A stretch of DNA of 46,639 nt, from contig CAXBPH010000012.1 of the NCBI GenBank assembly GCA_963977445.1, positions 1-46,639 of the forward strand, in the 5' to 3' direction. The DNA is from an uncultured bacterium (GTDB lineage Bacteria > Hydrogenedentota > Hydrogenedentia > Hydrogenedentales > JAEUWI01). The position numbers were made by a program, and so were the translations under genes. Shown here in pieces: positions 19,068-31,598 of the stretch. Numbering within the stretch: position 1 is the stretch's first letter; every line of letters starts with the position of its first letter. The notes beneath the pieces are model-generated. The model saw only the letters and a program-made list of their open reading frames with translations, searched no databases and was not told where the DNA came from.

Positions 19068-19075
<8 letters not shown>
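18737..19075 (-). CDS. atpQ: N-ATPase AtpQ (AtpZ/AtpI family)
   Basis: RKLKARR..VWFGLGMMGLVGWSVAVP..G.WLD..GC.NAW.WI pattern. Confidence 0.85.
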
Positions 19076-21332
<2,257 letters not shown>

Positions 21333-22202
21333 CGTATGTCCCTTCTTTTGTTATTGCTTCAAATTACGTCAACAATGGAGGTAGTGGAGACGTATGGGGC
21401 GAGTTTATCGCCCAATTCATAGACCACGAGAATCCCCGTGGGCATATTGAGTTCAGCAATGTCTTGATTCTAGGCCTTGCACCGAGATCAAATCAAGGGG
21501 CAGAGTCTATATTCAGTGGCCCGCTATCAACACGATTTGACCGGGCCGAAGCACGGGAGCCATACAGACTCCTGGCGAGGAAAGTTTCGCGCCGCTCAAT
21601 CTTCTAATAACTCGGCAGAAGTAGTTTTCGCTAAAAATGTGTGCAGCACAGATCGTGGCGCGGTTGTTTTGGATCGCGCGCGTCGAGAGTAGGCAGGTGT
21701 ATATGAGGCCATGACGACACACTTCACAGACGTGGTCGATCACTCTCATTTCGGGCCGTTATAGCACCCGGCTTCCGACGACGTCCGCTGTCTCTAATTC
21801 GCCGACGGGATCCCGTATCGCGCTCAGCGTAACAGTGCAACACAAAGTCTCGACAAAGGTGCGCCAATAACCAGGAGATCCCGACATCCGCCGATAGATG
21901 GGTCCAAGTGTCCCATGCCTGTTTTGGCAATCCTGCCCGCCCTCGGAAGTGTCTCCGCCCAATCCCTATGAGTCGGGGCCACCTTTCCTGCGCGGGGAAT
22001 CCGTGTGCCATCTATCGTCGTGTCTGTTAGAATAAGAGCGCGCCACACGACCTGGAACAAGAACTTCCAAATCGCGCTGGATAGGCACCTCGTATCGGTC
22101 GGGAGACGTGGTGTGTCCAATCTACCACGCTGATGCCTATACGCTGTTTATACTGGTCCGCGAATTGAAGCTACCACCGCACCCTGCCCGAAAGGTTTGT
22201 AG

Positions 22203-24932
22203 ATGCCCGACAATGATTTGATGCCCGAATGGTCAGAGAAAGTAGAGCACGACCGAGACTTTCTCACCCAGTGTTTTGCCGAGGTTCTGGAAGAACTTGG
22301 TGAGAAGGGGCTGGTTGATTTTCTTCCCTGGCGCGCCGCCAAGGCGAAGCGCCGGTCGGGGCAGGGTATTGACAGTGAGCGGGTCAACCGCCAACTCCAG
22401 GTTATCTCCATCGCCTATCACCTCCTGAATATTGTGGAGGAAAATGCGGCGGCCCTTGGGCGGCGGGAGCGGGAGCGTCATCTGGGGCTCCTTCATGAGC
22501 CGGGTCTCTGGGGCCATGGATTGAAGCGACTCCTCGACAGCGGCTTCAAGCAAGAGGAAATCCTCGAAGCCCTCAATCGGGTACAGGTGGAGGTGGTGCT
22601 TACTGCCCACCCGACGGAAGCCAAACGGCCGGTGGTCTTGCGGCAGCACCGGGCACTTTATGATGAATATGCCCGCTTTGAAGGCACGGATTGGACGGAT
22701 TACGAACGTGACGCCATCCGCGACCGTATCAAGGCCCAACTGGAGCGACTCTGGCGCACGGGGGAGATGCACCTGGAAAAGCCCGGCGTTTTGTCCGAAT
22801 TGGACGATATGCGTGATTATCTGGGAGTCATATTCCCGAAGGCGGTCCTGAATGCCCGCCAACGCTTTCGCAATGCGTGGAAAGAGGCCGGGCTGGATCC
22901 CACCGTGCTCCGTGATTCTGCCATCAAACCCCGCCTGCTTTTTGGCAACTGGGTGGGGGGGGATCGGGATGGTCACCCCCTGGTAACCGGTCAGGTAACC
23001 CGGGAAGCCCTGGCGCGTCTCCGCAATGAAGCGCTGGACCGGGTCCGGGCCCAACTGAACATTCTGGCGGAGAATCTCTCCCTGTCTGACCTGTTCCAGG
23101 AAGTGCCTGCCCCCTTCAAGGCAGCCCTGGCGGCGCAAAAAAGCCAATTGTCCTCCACCGATCTGGAAACGCTGGCACCCCTGTCCCACGAACCCTGGCG
23201 GGAGTATGTCCAGGTGCTCCGCATCCGACTGGATGACGCCCGAAACCATCCGGAAAGCCCCTATAGCCGCCCTGAGGCACTCCGGGCAGACCTGATTCTG
23301 CTGTCAGATTCTCTCGAAGCGGTTGGTGCTGTTCGGCTTGCAAAATCCGAGGTGGAACCCATTTTGCTCCATTTGGAGACCTTTGGATTTCACATGGCGG
23401 CGCTGGACATCCGTCAAAACAGTGAATTTCATGCCAAAGCCATCGCCCAGCTCCTTCAGGCAGCTGGATTCGAAGATTGGAACTTTGCCGCGTGGGATTT
23501 CGAAAAACGACGGGCTTTCCTCGACCAGGAGCTTAATTCGCTCCGGCCCATCGCGCCACGCCTTGGAACACTGGGTCCCGAAGCCACGGCCGTGCTGGAA
23601 GCCTACCAGGCGGTGGCGGATTACATCGGTGCCTATGGCCCGGCGGGCATCGGCAGTTTCATCGTCAGCATGACGCAGGATGTTACCGATCTCCTTGTGG
23701 TGTATATATTTGCGCGGGAAGTGGGCTTGATGGCAGCGGGGGAGACGGGCATCCGTTGTGAATTGGAGGTGGTGCCCCTTTTTGAGACCCTCGACGATCT
23801 CACGGGCAGTCCTGAGATCATGGAAGCCTTCGTGACCCATCCCATTACGCGGCAATACGGCGCGCGGGATCAGCAGGTGATGGTGGGCTATAGCGATAGT
23901 AATAAGAGTGGGGGAATGCTCGCCAGCCAGTGGGCGCTGAATAAGGCACAGCGCGCCCTCGCCGAAGTCTGCCGCAACCATGGCCGTACCTGTTATTTCT
24001 TCCACGGACGGGGTGGCACCTTCAGTCGGGGTGCCGGGCCGACCAACCGTTTTCTTGAAGCGCTCCCCGAAGGCTCTCTCGAAGGCCGGGTCCGCCTGAC
24101 GGAGCAAGGCGAGGTTATCGGACAGAAATTTGGGAATTTGCCCACGGCCGTATACAACCTGGAACTGCTCACCGCCGGCGTCACCGTGGCGACCTTAGAA
24201 CACAGCCGACCGGCCCAGATTGCCCAGCGCTTACGCGATATCGGCGAAAATATGAGCCGATTCAGCCAGGAAGCCTATCAGGAACAGCTCGAATCTCCCG
24301 GATTCATCAAATTCTGGTCTGCCGCGACACCCATTGACGCCCTGGAACGCAGTTTTATCGGATCCCGTCCGTCACGACGTACCGGTAAGCGCACTATCGA
24401 AGATCTTCGGGCGATTCCCTGGGTATTCAGCTGGACCCAGGCCCGTTACTACCTACCCGGTTGGTTCGGCGTGGGCTCGGCCCTGGAGCGCCTCCAAGAG
24501 GAAAACCCCGCAGACTACACGTACCTGAAGAAAAACAGCAAGGGCTGGCCCTTTGTGCGCTACGTGCTCTACAACGCCGAAACCAGCCTGGCTTCGGCCG
24601 ACCTGGATATCATGAAATCCTATGCATCACTGGTCACCGATCCTGCCCTTCGGAAGGCACAATTCAAGCGCATCGAAGGCGAATACCTGCGCACGGAACG
24701 GATGCTGGAAGACTTCTTCGGTGCCGCTCGAGCCCATCGTCGACCCCGTCTTACCCGGACCTTGGCCATGCGTGCCGAAGGCCTCCGGCGACTCCACCTG
24801 ATCCAGATTGACCTCCTCCGGGAATGGCGCGCCCTCCGTGCTGCGCGACGTAACAAGGAAGCCGAAGCCCTCGTGCCGACCCTGTTGCTGTCGGTCAATG
24901 CCATCGCCAGTGGAGAACGCACCACCGGCTAA
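22203..24932 (+). CDS. ppc: Phosphoenolpyruvate carboxylase
   Basis: VLTAHPTE, WVGGDRDG, VPLFET, QVMVGYSDSNK, FHGRGG, TEQGE, GSRPSRR and LRAIPWVFSW motifs. Confidence 0.95.
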   Translation: MPDNDLMPEWSEKVEHDRDFLTQCFAEVLEELGEKGLVDFLPWRAAKAKRRSGQGIDSERVNRQLQVISIAYHLLNIVEENAAALGRRERERHLGLLHEPGLWGHGLKRLLDSGFKQEEILEALNRVQVEVVLTAHPTEAKRPVVLRQHRALYDEYARFEGTDWTDYERDAIRDRIKAQLERLWRTGEMHLEKPGVLSELDDMRDYLGVIFPKAVLNARQRFRNAWKEAGLDPTVLRDSAIKPRLLFGNWVGGDRDGHPLVTGQVTREALARLRNEALDRVRAQLNILAENLSLSDLFQEVPAPFKAALAAQKSQLSSTDLETLAPLSHEPWREYVQVLRIRLDDARNHPESPYSRPEALRADLILLSDSLEAVGAVRLAKSEVEPILLHLETFGFHMAALDIRQNSEFHAKAIAQLLQAAGFEDWNFAAWDFEKRRAFLDQELNSLRPIAPRLGTLGPEATAVLEAYQAVADYIGAYGPAGIGSFIVSMTQDVTDLLVVYIFAREVGLMAAGETGIRCELEVVPLFETLDDLTGSPEIMEAFVTHPITRQYGARDQQVMVGYSDSNKSGGMLASQWALNKAQRALAEVCRNHGRTCYFFHGRGGTFSRGAGPTNRFLEALPEGSLEGRVRLTEQGEVIGQKFGNLPTAVYNLELLTAGVTVATLEHSRPAQIAQRLRDIGENMSRFSQEAYQEQLESPGFIKFWSAATPIDALERSFIGSRPSRRTGKRTIEDLRAIPWVFSWTQARYYLPGWFGVGSALERLQEENPADYTYLKKNSKGWPFVRYVLYNAETSLASADLDIMKSYASLVTDPALRKAQFKRIEGEYLRTERMLEDFFGAARAHRRPRLTRTLAMRAEGLRRLHLIQIDLLREWRALRAARRNKEAEALVPTLLLSVNAIASGERTTG

Positions 24933-25010
24933 ATGGCCTTCGACATGGTGCATCGGTCTATCAATTTCACCTTGGCAGACGATTTCATTCAGGTAATCTA
25001 ACACTGACAT

Positions 25011-25038
25011 TCGGGTCCCGCCAGGGGCCCGATTTTTC
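25011..25038 (+). terminator. Rho-independent terminator downstream of ppc
   Basis: Stem TCGGGTCCC / loop GCCA / GGGGCCCGA, followed by TTTTT. Confidence 0.65.
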
Positions 25039-26621
25039 GTGGTGACCGCGCGCCGACGGGTATCGACCACGCGCTATTTTTTTTCTGTACGTAGCCATTC
25101 AGGACGCGCTAAAAATGTCCCGAATAGGGCAAAAATAGCGTGGGGGACTTGCCCCTATTTTCTGCCCCGGAGCCACCCAAAACGCCGCACGACGTACCCC
25201 GTGCCAGCTCCATTTTCCGGGTACGCGCCCCCCACTTACTCGACTTTCTCCACGGCGCTCATGACTTCAAAACGGGTCCAGCGACCCCGTGAATTCTGGT
25301 CCGTAGGGCTTGCTTGATCGCCGTTCTAGACCCATCGTCCAACGCCGCGCCGGCCAAACTGCCTGTCCAGTCTTCATAGTCATTTCTTAGACATTTATTA
25401 AACACGTAAATTATCCCATATACAGAGAAGAATCGAAGCACCCGACTAAAAATGCAATGGGCCAGGCCCCGTCAACGGACCACCAACGGAACCCATCGCG
25501 CCAAGCCGCATTTTCCACCCGGGATCTGATGGCAAGATTCCCGCCGCATCAATGCCAGTACCAAAGCAAAATTAACCGGCAAACTCCACAGAGAATCCCC
25601 ATCGAAGCCCGTCATAGCGCCCACAACTAACTGCTTCATTACGCAACACTATATTTTGAAAAGCACAACAAACCGTATTCTTGCCTGTGCGACACGAAAA
25701 TCGTAGAGGCACCCCGTAAAAACTCGACGGGCGACCTGCCCCTAGGTGGGCCACCAAATCTGGACCGCTCACACGGACAAGAGGGCCAACTTGACCCCAG
25801 CACCGTTGACACCCCAAAGCCCCCTTGACCGGATCACCGCGCAACGGCGTAGCGCCGACTTCGGGATGGCGACCGAATCTCGCAAGACCTCAGCGCGAGG
25901 CGATCCGGACGCACTCCAAAGAAGGTGTCCGTGAGCAACCTTGCCGTAGGCGTCACGCCCGCAGAAAGCATCCGCCGCCAGAGCGCCGCCTCACGGGACG
26001 AAGTCATCCCAAACCCTGAAGCCCGTCAGCTTCGAAAAATGGGTACCTGGGCAGCAGGGCGCCTTGAAGCCCAGACCGACACCTGCAAGACCCAGCGCCC
26101 GGCAGACCACTCGAAACCGCGACGAGGGAAAACCGCGTGGCGGGATATCCCGTCTTGACCAAGGCCAGTTCGTAGCACATCGCCACCTGCCAGCGAAGTA
26201 GCGACCCGCCGCGAGACAAATCCGGACCCAGAGGCCAACACTCAGACAACCCGCTTGGAGCCAGGGCCAGCACTCAATTTTCCCCATCCCGATCAGGGGA
26301 GTTCGAGAAGGCGATGCGCTCCGCGACTCCAAGAAGCACACACCACAACAAACCGCCACACACCAAGAGCACAGTAAAACCCCTACTGTTTAATTTTAAA
26401 TCATGGTACAAAAACCACTGAAAATCAAATCTAACCGAGCCAACTAACACCCAATATTAGTATCTCAAAGCTCACGTTATCATACAGTTAATAAAAGTTA
26501 CCTCATTCCATATATAAGGTATATATATGACATAGCGTCACCATGCATCCAGGAGCATTTACAGACCGACACGGATTATTCATAGATGTCTCATTATAAA
26601 TCATGGTAGACACCCACTCTT

Positions 26622-26649
26622 AGTAAACATAATATATATTATCAGACGT
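26622..26649 (-). other. dif-like XerC/XerD recombination site
   Basis: Minus strand reads ACGTCTGATAA-TATATA-TTATGTTTACT. This is the 11-6-11 architecture of B. subtilis dif (ACTTCCTAGAA-TATATA-TTATGTAAACT) and E. coli dif. It lies in an AT-rich intergenic tract. Confidence 0.8.
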
Positions 26650-27645
26650 TCTAGAGGTCTGTATTATGCCCTGCTCCGGGCCCTCATACTATGGCCTGGA
26701 TACTGTTTTCCCCGTAGCGGCCCTCAGGCGCGTTTTGGGCGATTCTTTCGACTTTCCACCTGGCCGCACACCACACCCATCACGCGCCATTTACCCCCAA
26801 AGACCTCAGCCAATGCCGCCCGGGTCTGGACGCCTAATCGCCGGACACTTCTGAACCATCACCCCGGACAGGGTCGATCTCTGCCGTCCGTTTTCCGAAG
26901 CTCGACCTGGTTGATTACCGATTCCCTGGATGTCCTGCCCTGCGAACACCCGACCCGTCGATGCCCATGGAGCCGACCAGCCTACGAATTACCCGGCAGC
27001 TCAGTCGGTCCGCTGTGGCAGATTCAGAACGAATACTCTCCGGTTACGGTAACCCTAAATGACCACATACAGCACCCAACAGACCAACCGCAAACCTCCC
27101 CACACCGCAGTGCACACCGGCAGATCTTTCCAGTCCGTGTGGTCACAATACGGTCCTGGTCGGCTCGGCAACCAACCTCGGACAGCATCTTTTCCCACAC
27201 CCTCCAGTACGTTCTGGCAACGCGCTAAACTACCGACACCATGGCGCATGGCCAACCATATAACGACCACAAACACCCATGTCTCATTTCGACACACCCA
27301 ACTTGGCAGGTAGCGTTGACGCAGGCGGCCTGGATTTTCAACGAACCCGGCGTGCAATTCCGCAGCTTTTCCACGCCAGGCATGGATACGAGCCCATGTC
27401 CGGACTAGCCTTCAGTCCAGAGCCTTACGAGGAGCCCACCATCGTTTCCGGTCGTGTAAAATTCCGAGGCCAACATCATGCAATGAGAATACTCACAGAG
27501 CAGAATTTCGTCATCTCACTGACATCGAAGCGAATCCAGACACCAGACTGAATCGAGATAGTTTCTTAGACATAATGCATACGTATTTATCGGCCATCGG
27601 CATGACTGAAGCGCTCCGGAGTGAACCGGAGCGGGCTATCCGGGC

Positions 27646-28350
27646 TCAATTCACGCACAAAAAGGGACGCCACGATGCCAGCCTTTTTTCGCCAATGCCC
27701 GACACATTTCGAAGATCCTCGACACTGGAAAAGGGCTGCTGGGCACGGTACTGGATGATTTTTGCGGCGGTCTTGGGACCCAGACCGGGAAGCGTTTCCA
27801 GGGAGTCTGAGGTAGCCCGATTGAGGTCGATACAGCCCCCGCCAGATGGTGGTGAATCCCCGGTGGAAATACCCACGCTACCTCCCCCACGCCACCCCGA
27901 TCGGGTGTAGTCCGGCGGGTTCAATTGCGCGGCCGTGAGCGGGGCGGATTCCCCCGGAACGTGCTGAAAGGGCACGGTTAGAACACTGCCGTCGATGAGC
28001 CGGGAAGCAATGTTAATGTCGCGAATTTCGGCCAACGCAACGACCCCACCGGCACGGGTCAGGGCTTCCTGCAGTCGTGTGCCAGAGGGAAAGCGGTAGA
28101 CGCCGGGGTTTACTATGGCCCCCTGAACCTCCACCTGAATTTCCCCAGCCGCCTCCCCGGTCGCCTCCCCGGTCGCCTCCCCGGTCGCCTCTTCGATGGC
28201 GGATGGCACGGCGGCGACGTGTGCTGCCGGCGCGGCATTCTGAGGACGGACCGCCACCTCAGAATTCGGCGGCGCCTCGTCCACGGTGCAGCCCTGGACC
28301 ATAAGTAAGCCCAACATCACTACAATAGCCTGTCGAAATCCCATGCCCAT
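27646..28350 (-). CDS. comEA: ComEA family DNA-binding lipoprotein (SLBB + helix-hairpin-helix)
   Basis: Lipobox-like VQGC; SLBB VEVQGAIVNPGVY..AGG; HhH IDLNRAT..LETLPGLGPKTA..F.SVEDL.NVSGIG. Confidence 0.88.
   Translation of the reverse strand: MGMGFRQAIVVMLGLLMVQGCTVDEAPPNSEVAVRPQNAAPAAHVAAVPSAIEEATGEATGEATGEAAGEIQVEVQGAIVNPGVYRFPSGTRLQEALTRAGGVVALAEIRDINIASRLIDGSVLTVPFQHVPGESAPLTAAQLNPPDYTRSGWRGGGSVGISTGDSPPSGGGCIDLNRATSDSLETLPGLGPKTAAKIIQYRAQQPFSSVEDLRNVSGIGEKRLASWRPFLCVN
28150..28191. repeat. 12-bp tandem repeat (3.5 copies) encoding (EATG)n in the ComEA linker
   Basis: CGCCTCCCCGGT x3 plus a partial copy. Confidence 0.85.
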
Positions 28351-28368
28351 ATCCCTGCCCGTTCAGCC

Positions 28369-30783
28369 TCACTGGCCCTTTGTGGACACCTCACTGCTCT
28401 TATCCAACGCGCGCCTCAGCGTCTCCGCAAGCTGGGAGACCACCACAGGCTTGCTCACAATTTCGTGAATGCCCGCATTTCTGGCTTCTGCCTCACTGAC
28501 GTTTTCACTGAACCCGGTAAACAGCACGACCGGCAGATTGGGTCGAATTTTCCGTATCCGCCGGGCGAGGGTCAGCCCATTGATGTCCGGCATCTGATAA
28601 TCCGCAATAACCAGGTCAAAGGCATCCGGGTCTATCTTGATGGCATCCAGCGCCGCCTGCGGCCGCTCTTCCGTTTTGACGGCGTAGCCCAACTGGCCCA
28701 GAGCCCGCTCACAGAAGCGCCGAACCGGTTGCTCGTCATCCACGACGAGAAGCCGCTCGGTTCCACCCCGCACCCGACTGGAGTAGGTAGCATCTTCCTG
28801 TAAAACCCCCTCCACCCGTGGCAGGAAGGTACAAAACTCTGCCCCTTGCCCGAGGACGCTATCAACAAGGACCGCGCCGCCATGGTCAGCGACAATGCCG
28901 TACACCATGGCCAAACCCATCCCCGTACCCTCCCCCGGTCCTTTGGTGGTAAAAAAAGGGTCAAAAACCCGTCGAACCACACTTTGCTCCATCCCGTGGC
29001 CCCGATCGGAGACGGTGAGCTTCACATAGGGCCCTGGACGCAACTTGGAATTGGTATTGGCAAAACGCGGGGTCACCTCGAAGTCTTCGAGGCGCACTTC
29101 CAGAACGCCGCCCTTGCCCGACATGGCCTGAAGACCATTGGTACAAAAATTCATAACTACCTGGTGCATCTGGGTGGCATTGGCCATCACCATGCCGCTC
29201 TGGGTATCCACATTGTCGACAATGCGGATACTGTTCGTCAACGAGGCCCGAACAAGCCCCAGCACTTCATGGACTACGGCGTGCAGGTAGAGGGGGCTGT
29301 GCTCCTCCCCAGACTGGCGACTGAAGGCCAGAATCTGCTTAATGAGATCTTTCGCACGATGGGCAGCGCCGAGTGACTCGTTCAGATCTTCCAGAATTTC
29401 CGGATTCACCCCCTCCAGGGCCTGGATGGAGATATCCGTAAGCCCGATAATTCCGGCGAGGATATTGTTGAAGTCATGGGCAATCCCGCCGGCGAGCACC
29501 CCAAGGCTTTCCATGCGCTTGGAGTGCTGGATGGTCTGCTCTGCCCGCGATTGCTCCTGTTCCGACCGCACCCGCTCCGTAATGTCTTTGATATTGCCCA
29601 ATAGCAGCGACGCCTGCCCGGTCTCATCGGGCATGACAACGCCAATATCTTCCACGTAGCGAACTTCGCCTGATCGATGGATAATCCGATAGCGATTTTC
29701 AAAGGGTCTCAGCTTGTCTACCGCATGGGTAATTCCCACCACGAGGCGCCTGCGATCATTTTCATGTATCATCTGGAGCAACGCTCGTTGGGAAGCCCCC
29801 TGCAACTGTTCGCTGGTATAGCCAAAAATCTGAACCGTGGCCCCACTCGCCCGCAATTCCCTGGTGGCCAACGTATATTCGTAGACGACTTGTCCGGTTT
29901 GGTGCACCAACTCACCAAAGGCCTGTTCCGAAATGCGCTGGGGCGTGTAGACATAGGTGTTGGGTGCCCGCACTACGAAAATAATGTAGGGGTCACGGTC
30001 AAATGAAAAGAGTCGGGCTGTGATCCCCACCGGAGTTTGTCGACCATCCCGGGCAACCAGCACGGTCTCAAAAAAGATATGGCGGTACAGGCGCAACGAC
30101 TCCACCCGGGCATTGACGTAACGAATTCGGTGGGGCTCCACGAGGTCCCGAGGGCGCAGTTCCAGAAATTCTGCCCGCCGGTAGCCCAACAGTTGGCAAA
30201 GCTGGTTGTTTACCTCTTCGACCCGAAAATCCGTGCCCTCACTCCCGAGGCGAATCGTCATCACTCCATCGGAACAGGAATTCACGAGCAGTCGATAGCG
30301 CTCGTCGCTTTCATAGAGGCTTTCGCTGTGCTGTCGTGCCAAATCAGCGAGTCGTCGGTTTGCCCCCCGGAGCTGGGCGATTTTTCCGTGGGTTCCCAAG
30401 CACTGCTGTGCCAATTCCACGTCACCTATGGGTGGCCGCAAGATCTCTACATCACTGTTTCGCGCCCGCTCAAACCACGGCTCCACCGCTGACTGTTTCG
30501 ATAAGATCCACACGACATGAACGTTGGGCGACGTCCTGCGCACGAGAGCCGTAAGGGCTTCGGGGGTATTTACCTCATCAAACAAGTCGTGGTTGATGAT
30601 AACGGTTCCCGGCACACCGGATTGAATAACGTCTCTCATCTCCTCCACACCAAGGGCGGACAATAGCGTCGTCTCGGGAAGAATGCTGACCAATTTCAGG
30701 CACAACTGTTCGCAGCGGCGTTGACGAGCGGCCGCCACGACAATCGTAATATGCTCTTTGAGTTGGTCAGAACCCATAATCAA
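28369..30783 (-). CDS. Cytoplasmic hybrid sensor histidine kinase (degenerate REC, 2 PAS, HisKA, HATPase, REC)
   Basis: H-box LAGGIAHDFNNIL, DRGHGM, FDPFFTTK, GTGMGL; C-terminal REC with VVDDE, IADYQMP and SKP. Confidence 0.92.
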   Translation of the reverse strand: MIMGSDQLKEHITIVVAAARQRRCEQLCLKLVSILPETTLLSALGVEEMRDVIQSGVPGTVIINHDLFDEVNTPEALTALVRRTSPNVHVVWILSKQSAVEPWFERARNSDVEILRPPIGDVELAQQCLGTHGKIAQLRGANRRLADLARQHSESLYESDERYRLLVNSCSDGVMTIRLGSEGTDFRVEEVNNQLCQLLGYRRAEFLELRPRDLVEPHRIRYVNARVESLRLYRHIFFETVLVARDGRQTPVGITARLFSFDRDPYIIFVVRAPNTYVYTPQRISEQAFGELVHQTGQVVYEYTLATRELRASGATVQIFGYTSEQLQGASQRALLQMIHENDRRRLVVGITHAVDKLRPFENRYRIIHRSGEVRYVEDIGVVMPDETGQASLLLGNIKDITERVRSEQEQSRAEQTIQHSKRMESLGVLAGGIAHDFNNILAGIIGLTDISIQALEGVNPEILEDLNESLGAAHRAKDLIKQILAFSRQSGEEHSPLYLHAVVHEVLGLVRASLTNSIRIVDNVDTQSGMVMANATQMHQVVMNFCTNGLQAMSGKGGVLEVRLEDFEVTPRFANTNSKLRPGPYVKLTVSDRGHGMEQSVVRRVFDPFFTTKGPGEGTGMGLAMVYGIVADHGGAVLVDSVLGQGAEFCTFLPRVEGVLQEDATYSSRVRGGTERLLVVDDEQPVRRFCERALGQLGYAVKTEERPQAALDAIKIDPDAFDLVIADYQMPDINGLTLARRIRKIRPNLPVVLFTGFSENVSEAEARNAGIHEIVSKPVVVSQLAETLRRALDKSSEVSTKGQ

Positions 30784-30993
30784 TCGCCTGCGTGTGGGAA
30801 TGTCATCGCATTTCCGTTTGTTAGGACGTAGAGAACCCTCAGTATAACAATCGATGGCGCGTGGAAGTAGCCTCTGTCAACGACCCGCCCATGTGATGCG
30901 GCTATCATCGCCATGTTATACTACCTTCAGGCAGCGCCTGATTTCGTACCCTAATCCATGCCGCTGCGGTTAGACAGCAAAAGGAGTTTACCC

Positions 30994-31509
30994 ATGCCAC
31001 CCATCTACGATCCAGAACAAGTACGCCCCATGTGGGAAGAACTCGCCAATATCGGCGTCCGTCCCCTGACTACCATTGATGATGTAGACGCCGTGTTGAG
31101 CAAAGACAGTGGCACGGTCCTCTGCATCGTAAACTCTGTTTGCGGCTGTGCAGCGGGCAGCGCACGCCCCGGTGTGTCCCTGGCCCTCCAGAGCGAACTG
31201 ATTCCCGACGAGCTGGTAACAGTTTTTGCAGGTATGGATCAGGAAGCCGTCTCCAAGGCCCGTGATTACATGGTCGGCGTGGCTCCCTCCTCCCCCTGTA
31301 TCGCCCTGTTTAAGGACGGCAAACCGATTCACGTGCTGGAACGTCGTCACATCGAGCGCATGAATGCCATGGAAATCGCCAATAATCTGAGTGCCGTGTT
31401 CAAGGAAACCTGCGAACGTACGGGGCCATCTGTCCCTACGGAAGTCTTCGACTCCAACGAACATGTGGATACGTGCGGCTCGACCATCAGCCCCTACCAG
31501 GGCAACTAA
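30994..31509 (+). CDS. BrxA/BrxB family bacilliredoxin (DUF1094)
   Basis: VNSVCGCAAGSARPG, TVFAGMD, PSSP and LFKDG..ERRHIE motifs; AGGAG RBS. Confidence 0.88.
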   Translation: MPPIYDPEQVRPMWEELANIGVRPLTTIDDVDAVLSKDSGTVLCIVNSVCGCAAGSARPGVSLALQSELIPDELVTVFAGMDQEAVSKARDYMVGVAPSSPCIALFKDGKPIHVLERRHIERMNAMEIANNLSAVFKETCERTGPSVPTEVFDSNEHVDTCGSTISPYQGN

Positions 31510-31598
31510 TTCCTGGTTCATGAAGTTTTCTGCCGTCGCGGCCCGCGCTTTTATGCCCGGGCCGCGTCGCTGTATAAAATAAGAAGGAAATCACCACC

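Noticed and set aside
21333..22202. Short ORFs and FNR/CRP-like boxes between the STAS/SEC14 gene and ppc
   Set aside because: No ORF has family motifs or a good RBS, and the palindromes match the consensus poorly.
26380..26665. Replication origin (AT-rich DUE)
   Set aside because: No TTATCCACA-type DnaA boxes were seen and there is no dnaA/rep gene nearby. The dif-like site fits better.
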